Source: Acutalibacteraceae bacterium
Lineage (GTDB): Bacteria; Bacillota; Clostridia; Oscillospirales; Acutalibacteraceae
Length of the DNA stretch: 64,000 nucleotides
Assembly (NCBI GenBank): GCA_045532505.1
Contig: JAZSGB010000070.1
Coordinates: 7,941 to 71,940 of the forward strand
Direction: 5' to 3'
Made by a program: the position numbers and the translations under genes. Under the pieces are notes generated by a model, which saw nothing but the letters and a program-made list of their open reading frames with translations, was not told where the DNA came from and searched no databases. Position 1 is the first letter of the stretch; each line of letters begins with the position of its first letter. Shown one piece after another: positions 58,015-64,000 of the stretch.

Positions 58015-59583
58015 TTACATTTCCACAGCTGCTCTTTCGATTGCAAGACCCTTAGTGTAGCTTTGCATAAAAGCATTAAAGCTGTCAACAATTGCTTTTT
58101 CGGGCTCAAGAGTTGTCATTTTTTGAGATGCAAAAATCTTTTCATCAAGGTAATCAGGAAGTGCTTCGCCCTCTGCCTTGTTTACAGAGAATGCAGCAAG
58201 CACAGCAACACCCCAAGCACCACCCTCGCCTGCAGTTTCCATAACAGAAACAGGTGCGTTCATAACAGCAGCAAGCACGCTTTGACCAATTACAGGTGTT
58301 TTAAAGAAGCCCCCATGACCTAAAATTTTATCCACCTCTACATTTTCTGCATCGAGAATTTTAAGGCCTGTTTTAAGAGCACCGAAGCAGGTGAAAAGCT
58401 GTACTCTCATAAAGTTTGCAAGAGAGAAATTGCTGTTTGGCTCTTTAACAAAAAGAGGCTTGCCTGTTTCAAAGCCTGTGATATGCTCACCTGAAAAATA
58501 GTTGTAGGAAAGAAGCTTGCCACAGTCAGCATCAGCCTCTGCAGATTTTTTGAAAAGTGCAGTAAACAAATCGCCCATAGCAATATCTGAACCACTAAGC
58601 ACAGCAACCTCTTTAAAGAGATTCACCCAAGCGTTAATATCAGATGTACAGTTGTTGCAATGTACCATAGCAACAGGTGCACCATCAGGAGTTGTTACCA
58701 TATCAATCTCTTCGTGAAGCTCCTTAAGCGCCTTTTCGAGAACAATCATAGCAAAAACAGATGTACCTGCAGAAACATTACCTGTACGGATTCTTACGCT
58801 GTTTGTTGCAACCATTCCTGTGCCTGCATCGCCCTCAGGTGGGCACATAGGAATACCCGGCTGAAGGTCGCCTTCTGCATCGAGAAGCTTTGCACCTTCT
58901 GCTGTAAGAGCACCTGCAGACTCACCTGCAACAAGCACCTTTGGAAGAATTTCGCCAATTTTCCAAGGATAGTTACCTTCAACAAGAGCATCAAATTTTG
59001 CGAGCATCTCCTTATCGTAGGAATTGCCGTTCATTGGAAACATACCTGATGCTTCGCCGATACCTAAAACCTTTTCACCTGTAAGAAGGGTATGAATAAA
59101 GCCTGCAAGGGTGGTGAAATATGCAATATCCCTCACGTGCTCCTCACCGTCGAGAATTGACTGGTAAAGGTGAGCAATGCTCCACCTTTGAGGAATATTA
59201 AAATTAAATTCCTTTGTTAATTTTTCTGCTGCTGCAGCAGTAATTGTGTTACGCCAGGTACGGAAATCTGCAAGGAGCTCACCCTGTACATTAAAAGGAA
59301 GATAGCCGTGCATCATACCACTTATACCTATTGCCTTAAGTGTTTTAAGAGTAATACCGTATTTTGCTTTAACATCTGCCTTGAGGGAAGCATAGCTACC
59401 CTTAAGCCCTGCATAGATTTCATCAAGGCTGTAGGTCCAAATGCCGTTTTTTAAGCTGTTTTCCCAGTCGTAGCCACCAACAGCAAGCACTGCGCCGTTA
59501 TCATCAATAAGCACAGCCTTAATTCTTGTTGAGCCGAATTCAATACCGAGAATCGCTTTACCGCTTTCAATATACTGTTTCAT
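58015..59583 (-). CDS. FGGY-family carbohydrate kinase (xylulokinase-like)
   Basis: [16 protein letters not shown] actin-fold phosphate-1 motif; 522 aa. Confidence 0.6.
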   Translation of the reverse strand: MKQYIESGKAILGIEFGSTRIKAVLIDDNGAVLAVGGYDWENSLKNGIWTYSLDEIYAGLKGSYASLKADVKAKYGITLKTLKAIGISGMMHGYLPFNVQGELLADFRTWRNTITAAAAEKLTKEFNFNIPQRWSIAHLYQSILDGEEHVRDIAYFTTLAGFIHTLLTGEKVLGIGEASGMFPMNGNSYDKEMLAKFDALVEGNYPWKIGEILPKVLVAGESAGALTAEGAKLLDAEGDLQPGIPMCPPEGDAGTGMVATNSVRIRTGNVSAGTSVFAMIVLEKALKELHEEIDMVTTPDGAPVAMVHCNNCTSDINAWVNLFKEVAVLSGSDIAMGDLFTALFKKSAEADADCGKLLSYNYFSGEHITGFETGKPLFVKEPNSNFSLANFMRVQLFTCFGALKTGLKILDAENVEVDKILGHGGFFKTPVIGQSVLAAVMNAPVSVMETAGEGGAWGVAVLAAFSVNKAEGEALPDYLDEKIFASQKMTTLEPEKAIVDSFNAFMQSYTKGLAIERAAVEM

Positions 59584-59594
59584 AGTAAATCTCC

Positions 59595-60167
59595 TTATAT
59601 TTCAATGTTTAATTCGTTTATTTTATCTCTTAACGCCTGAAAATCTGCAAGGGCATCAGGCTTGTTGAGAGGGTTTCTCAAAAGTGCTGCAGGGTGATAG
59701 GTTGCCATAAAAATAATATTGCCTTTTTTTATAAACTCACCATGCTGCCTTGTGATTTTAAAATCGGGTGATATAAGCCTTTGGGCAGCAATACGCCCAA
59801 GGCAAACTATAATTTTAGGCTTTATAAGCTTTGTTTGTGCACGCAGCCACTCAATGCACAGCTCCTGCTCCTCAGGAAGAGGATCTCTGTTTTGTGGTGG
59901 TCTGCACTTTACAATGTTTGCAATATAAATATTCTTTTTCCTGTCAAGACCGATTACCTGCAGGTATTTATCAAGCAGCTGACCTGCCTTGCCAACAAAA
60001 GGCTCACCCTGTAGATCCTCGTTTTCACCGGGACCTTCACCAACAAAAAGTATATCTGCATCAGGGTTGCCAACACCAAACACCACATTAGTACGAGTTT
60101 TGCAAAGCCCGCATTTCTCACAAGAAAAGCATTGATTTTGCAGCTGTTGGAACGCTTCACTCATCAA
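59595..60167 (-). CDS. uracil-DNA glycosylase, family 4
   Basis: CxxCxLC cluster, [10 protein letters not shown], and [10 protein letters not shown] motifs. Confidence 0.85.
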   Translation of the reverse strand: MMSEAFQQLQNQCFSCEKCGLCKTRTNVVFGVGNPDADILFVGEGPGENEDLQGEPFVGKAGQLLDKYLQVIGLDRKKNIYIANIVKCRPPQNRDPLPEEQELCIEWLRAQTKLIKPKIIVCLGRIAAQRLISPDFKITRQHGEFIKKGNIIFMATYHPAALLRNPLNKPDALADFQALRDKINELNIEI

Positions 60168-61227
60168 GGATAATCAACTCCTTTGGTGAATGTGTCAGAT
60201 TTTCACAGCCCACCTCGGTTATAAGCGCCATATCTTCTATTCTGACACCGAATTTGCCCGGCAGATATATTCCCGGCTCAACCGTTACAATATGCCCCGC
60301 TTTTAAAACTGCTTCGCTGCGAGGTGAAAGGTTGGGCTCCTCGTGAATTTCTATGCCTACACCGTGGCCTGTGCCGTGGCCAAAGCATTCACCGTAGCCG
60401 GCATTTGCTATAATATCACGGGCTGCTGCATCTGCCTGCTTACAAGGTACACCTTCTTTTAAAAGTGCCAAGGCAGCAAGCTGTGCAGAAAGTACAATTT
60501 CATATATTTTTCGTTGCTCTTGGGAAATATTACCTACTGCAACTGTGCGTGTCATATCACTATGGTAGCCTTTATAAACTGCGCCAAAATCCATAGTAAC
60601 AAAATCCCCTGATTTTACAACCGTATCATCGGGCACGCCGTGTGGCATAGAGGTTTTTGCGCCTGTAACAGCAATTGTTTCAAAGGAAAGCGCCTCTGCT
60701 CCGTGAGAAAGCATATAAAAATCAAGCTCAAGCGCAATTTGCTTTTCGGTTACACCGGGCTTAATAAATGTTAAAATATGCTCAAAAGCATTCTCTGCAA
60801 TTTTCTGTGCAATTTTAATGTTTTCCACCTCGTCAGGGGTCTTAACAGCTCTGATTCCGCTGATTGTTTTCTCTAATTTTTTTGAAGGTGTTACCCTACA
60901 GGGAAGAAAAACAGTTTTTAAAAAATCTGCCGTAGCAACGGAAATTTTGTTGCGCTCTGTGTATATTTTAACAATATTTTTTTCTCTGATATATTCTTTT
61001 ATTTCAGTGCTTACCTTTGTTAAAAGATGTGCGCTGCAGCTGGCTTTTTTCTGCGCTGCTTCAACATATCTGCTATCCACAAAAAGCACAGCCTCAGCCT
61101 TTGTAACTAAAAGAAAGCCATCGGATGACGGAAAGCCTGTAAAAAACCTCCTGTTATCCTGCGAGTGGATAAGTATTGCCTCGTGAGAACTCTTCAGAAA
61201 AGCCTGCAGCTTTTTAATTTTCTCCAT
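60157..61227 (-). CDS. M24-family Xaa-Pro aminopeptidase/dipeptidase
   Basis: HGTGHGVGIEIHEEP, VEPGIY and RIED metal-ligand motifs. Confidence 0.85.
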   Translation of the reverse strand: MEKIKKLQAFLKSSHEAILIHSQDNRRFFTGFPSSDGFLLVTKAEAVLFVDSRYVEAAQKKASCSAHLLTKVSTEIKEYIREKNIVKIYTERNKISVATADFLKTVFLPCRVTPSKKLEKTISGIRAVKTPDEVENIKIAQKIAENAFEHILTFIKPGVTEKQIALELDFYMLSHGAEALSFETIAVTGAKTSMPHGVPDDTVVKSGDFVTMDFGAVYKGYHSDMTRTVAVGNISQEQRKIYEIVLSAQLAALALLKEGVPCKQADAAARDIIANAGYGECFGHGTGHGVGIEIHEEPNLSPRSEAVLKAGHIVTVEPGIYLPGKFGVRIEDMALITEVGCENLTHSPKELIILDE

Positions 61228-61738
61228 AATAGCCGTGCTCCTTTAAAAATGCTTCTCTTATAGGTGCTTCCTTAATACGATTTTTCTTGTAATGGTTTTT
61301 CCAAAACCATTTGTTATCTACAGGGTCAACAAGCAGAGGAACAGCGCCACAACGGTTTGCTGCTGCAACATCGGTAAAAACCTGGTCCCCTACCATACCG
61401 ATTTTGCTTACAGGTACACCCAGCTTTCTGCTCATACGAATAATACCGTGGGGCAAAGGCTTTTTTGCAAAGGCGTGAAATTTAACACCAAATGTCTTTG
61501 AAAACCAGTACGCCCTGATGTGTGGTGTGTTTGTTACAATTGCAACAGGTATACTCGCCGCCTTAAGCTCCTTTATCCAGGAAATTGAGCCCGGGATAGT
61601 AGTCATAGTAGCATCTTTAACAGTAGTGTTATCAAGGTCAAAAAGGATTGCCTCAAGCCCTAACTCCCTTACAATTTCGGGAGTTATATCGTTAACTGTA
61701 CGAAACATATATTTAATTGTGGTATCCTTTTCTCGCAT
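61214..61738 (-). CDS. YqeG-family HAD-IIIA phosphatase
   Basis: ILFDLDNT (DxD) and GDQVFTD motifs. The ATG at 61738 follows AGGAAG. Confidence 0.7.
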   Translation of the reverse strand: MREKDTTIKYMFRTVNDITPEIVRELGLEAILFDLDNTTVKDATMTTIPGSISWIKELKAASIPVAIVTNTPHIRAYWFSKTFGVKFHAFAKKPLPHGIIRMSRKLGVPVSKIGMVGDQVFTDVAAANRCGAVPLLVDPVDNKWFWKNHYKKNRIKEAPIREAFLKEHGYYGEN

Positions 61739-61808
61739 ATTATCGCTTCCTGACAAATGTATATATAAAAACTACAACTATAATATCACACAAAAACCAA
61801 AAAATAAA

Positions 61809-61839
61809 GAGATGATGCCTTGAAATAAGGCTTCATCTC
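61809..61839 (-). terminator. rho-independent terminator after rpsU
   Basis: 13-bp stem gagatga(a/t)gcctt with one mismatch, followed by tctttattttttgg on the minus strand. Confidence 0.6.
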
Positions 61840-61846
61840 CCATTTT

Positions 61847-62023
61847 TTAATAGAATTTACGCTTACGAGCAGCTTCTGATTTCTTTTTTCTCTTTACAGA
61901 AGGCTTCTCATAGTGCTCTCTCTTACGAACTTCTTGGATAACACCATCTCTTGAAGTCTGTCTTTTAAATCTGCGAAGAGCGCTATCTAAAGACTCATTC
62001 TCTTTAACTTTTACCTGACTCAT
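61847..62023 (-). CDS. rpsU: 30S ribosomal protein S21
   Basis: My own translation gives [58 protein letters not shown] (58 aa, below the track cutoff). RBS GGAGGGAGG. Confidence 0.92.
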   Translation of the reverse strand: MSQVKVKENESLDSALRRFKRQTSRDGVIQEVRKREHYEKPSVKRKKKSEAARKRKFY

Positions 62024-62068
62024 TTATAGTTCCCTCCCTCCGTTGTAACCAACAAAGGTATAAATATC

Positions 62069-62097
62069 ATAATACAGTAGCCATTATACTATGTCAA
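62069..62097 (-). promoter_or_regulatory. sigma-A promoter for rpsU
   Basis: On the minus strand, TTGACA - 17 nt - TATTAT. Confidence 0.6.
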
Positions 62098-62174
62098 CAG
62101 CCTTATGTCAAGCATAAATTTTTAAAAAATTTGTAAATATAGCGTGTATAAGCGCAGTTATGGAACAAATATAA

Positions 62175-63968
62175 TTAATTTTCTGTATATTTTTCTGCCT
62201 GCAAACGGAACATATGGGCATATTTACCGTTAAGAGCCATCAACTCCTCGTGGGAGCCGTGCTCAATTACCTCTCCGTTTTCCAGCATATAAATTTCATC
62301 TGCCATAACGGTTGTTGAAAGTCGGTGAGAAATAAAAATAACCGTTTTTTTATCTGCCGCTTTTGTTATGGATTGATTAAGAGCGTATTCTGCTACAGGG
62401 TCAAGGTTTGCACTTGGCTCGTCAAGAATAGCAAAGGGACAATCCTTATAAAAGGCTCTTGCAATGGCGATTTTTTGTGCCTCACCACCGGAAAGTGAAA
62501 CGCCGTCATCATCAAATTCTCTGAGCAGTATGCTCTGCATACCGTTGGGAAGCCTTCTGTTAAAATTTGCAGCCTCAAGAGCTTTTTCAGCCTTTTGCTC
62601 ATTTGGTGCTTCATCCATTGCAATATTTTCGCCTATTGTAGCACCAAAAAGAGAAAAGTCCTGAAATACTGCTGCAAAGTTTTTGTGGTAAGAGCTGATA
62701 TCCCACTCTTTTATATCTACACCGTTTATGGTAATTCTACCGTCTGTAACATCATAAAGGCGCAAAAGAAGGTTTGTGAGGGTTGTTTTACCCGCACCGT
62801 TGTAGCCTACAAGAGCAATCTTTTTATACGGAGTTACGGTAAGATTTATGTTTTTAAGAACGTAATTTTCTGTACCCGGGTACTTGAAGGATACGTTCTC
62901 GAATTTTATAACAGCAGGATCTTCAAAAACCGTTGTTTTTGTGCCGGAGACCATTTTTTCTTTAGCGCTTAAAAATTTACGGAACTTATCAACATAAAGA
63001 CCGTTTTCCCTTATGCTTACTGCAAAACGGCTGGTAAGAGCAAAAACGCTGTTGCTTATTGCTGTAGCACCGTTAAAGGTTGCAGCAAAATCGCCCATGC
63101 TTACGCTTTTTTCAACAATTGCCTTGTAGCCCATAAGCAAGGTGATTCCTAAGTATATAAGCAAGGTCATAGGCAAAGCTTCCTGGCAGAAATAAAGCTT
63201 CCATTGTTTTGTAAGGTACGGTGAAATAGTTTTTAAGCGGTCATAAATATTTTTGTTGTAACGTGCTTCAACCATTTTACCTGCACCTGAAAGGCGAAGC
63301 TCCTTTGCATAATCCTGCAAATAGAAAACTCTGCTGAAATAAAGGTTTTTTCGGTCAAAGGGCGTCATAACCTCTGTACGCTCAACATTCACCTTTGCAA
63401 TAAGCCTGCCTATAGGAGTCATAATTGCAACGCAAATTACAACAAAGAGCAAGCATACAGGGTCAATTGAAATAATAACAGCACCTATAGTGAGAATGCT
63501 TGCAACATTGGTAAGAATATCCTGCGTGTTTGATAAAACATCGTATGCACGCTCGTTCATTGAATTCATAGCAAGAACAAGGTCATTGTAATATTCAGGA
63601 TTATCGTATGCCTCGTAATCCATTTTTGCTGCCTTTTCGTATATTGTTTTGTAAATGGCAAAATACAGCCTTTGCTTTTGCTTTGGCATAGTGATTTCGT
63701 AAAAAACTGTATTTGTTAAGTTTGTTACAAGAACAAATGCAACAAACAAAGCAAGAGCTATTGCAACCCTGTACAGGTCTTTGCCTTCTGTTGCAACATC
63801 TATTATATATTTAAGCAAAACAACATTCGAAAGTGTCCAGGGAAGGTTTGCAAGAACATCAAAAAACAAATAACCAAAGCCCATAAAAGGAGTGTGCCTG
63901 AAAATAAAGCGAAGCATAAAGATATAGTTTTTGAATGTTTTAATCTTTTCATTATTCTTCACTGTCAA
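62175..63968 (-). CDS. ABC exporter, fused permease/ATPase
   Basis: Walker A GYNGAGKTT, signature LSGGEAQK, Walker B AILDEPSANLD. The TTG start is preceded by AAGGAGGTG. Confidence 0.85.
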   Translation of the reverse strand: MTVKNNEKIKTFKNYIFMLRFIFRHTPFMGFGYLFFDVLANLPWTLSNVVLLKYIIDVATEGKDLYRVAIALALFVAFVLVTNLTNTVFYEITMPKQKQRLYFAIYKTIYEKAAKMDYEAYDNPEYYNDLVLAMNSMNERAYDVLSNTQDILTNVASILTIGAVIISIDPVCLLFVVICVAIMTPIGRLIAKVNVERTEVMTPFDRKNLYFSRVFYLQDYAKELRLSGAGKMVEARYNKNIYDRLKTISPYLTKQWKLYFCQEALPMTLLIYLGITLLMGYKAIVEKSVSMGDFAATFNGATAISNSVFALTSRFAVSIRENGLYVDKFRKFLSAKEKMVSGTKTTVFEDPAVIKFENVSFKYPGTENYVLKNINLTVTPYKKIALVGYNGAGKTTLTNLLLRLYDVTDGRITINGVDIKEWDISSYHKNFAAVFQDFSLFGATIGENIAMDEAPNEQKAEKALEAANFNRRLPNGMQSILLREFDDDGVSLSGGEAQKIAIARAFYKDCPFAILDEPSANLDPVAEYALNQSITKAADKKTVIFISHRLSTTVMADEIYMLENGEVIEHGSHEELMALNGKYAHMFRLQAEKYTEN

Positions 63969-64000
63969 ACACCTCCTTGTAGCCTGATGCCTGAAGTGTA
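63965..64000 (-). CDS. 3' end of an upstream gene, probably the partner ABC exporter subunit
   Basis: The frame is open to the window edge and ends in a TGA that overlaps the TTG start of the next gene. Only 11 codons are visible. Confidence 0.3.
   Translation of the reverse strand, partial: YTSGIRLQGGV

Noticed and set aside
1-64000. Anti-phage defence system, prophage, or IS/transposon genes.
   Set aside because: No ORF shows nuclease, helicase, methyltransferase, reverse-transcriptase, integrase, transposase or toxin-antitoxin hallmarks. Apart from the polysaccharide locus, all sizeable ORFs have ordinary metabolic, housekeeping or transport assignments.

Overview
This is a 64-kb chromosomal segment from a low-GC Firmicute, probably a Clostridia-type gut anaerobe. 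Supporting cues are glgD within a glgBCDA operon, tandem gltX-glnS, an RNase P RNA with type-A-like motifs, and a BspA-type LRR surface protein. Most of the window is ordinary housekeeping or metabolic DNA in tightly packed operons:
- NUDIX and histidine-phosphatase genes, rnpB, and an ECF-like sigma / anti-sigma pair with a 1145-aa LRR surface protein.
- A Na+/alanine symporter and a GH63-like hydrolase with uxaC.
- gltX-glnS, the nucleoside salvage operon deoD-deoB-cdd-pdp, and two amidohydrolases.
- The glycogen operon, MarR with a heterodimeric ABC exporter, an FGGY kinase, UDG, an M24 peptidase, a YqeG-like HAD, rpsU (missing from the ORF track), and further ABC exporters.

The one clear accessory region is a ~16.5-kb Wzx/Wzy-type polysaccharide locus (41.3-57.8 kb). 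It looks AT-rich by eye. It contains an unusual ATP-grasp / fold-type-II PLP enzyme / GNAT trio next to the priming phosphoglycosyltransferase and a DegT aminotransferase. A 280-bp highly structured element bounded by inverted repeats splits the locus.

The second candidate system lies at 12.6-17.0 kb. It has three paralogous uncharacterised membrane proteins behind a promoter with 21-bp-phased direct repeats, followed by an AgrC/AgrA-like (LytTR) two-component pair with no AgrB or AgrD.

A ~130-bp GC-rich hairpin-module repeat occurs in inverted orientation at 2.1 kb and 9.4 kb. I saw no CRISPR array, tRNA or rRNA gene, transposase, integrase, prophage or recognisable anti-phage defence genes. 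All functional calls rest on motif recognition by eye; no searches were run.
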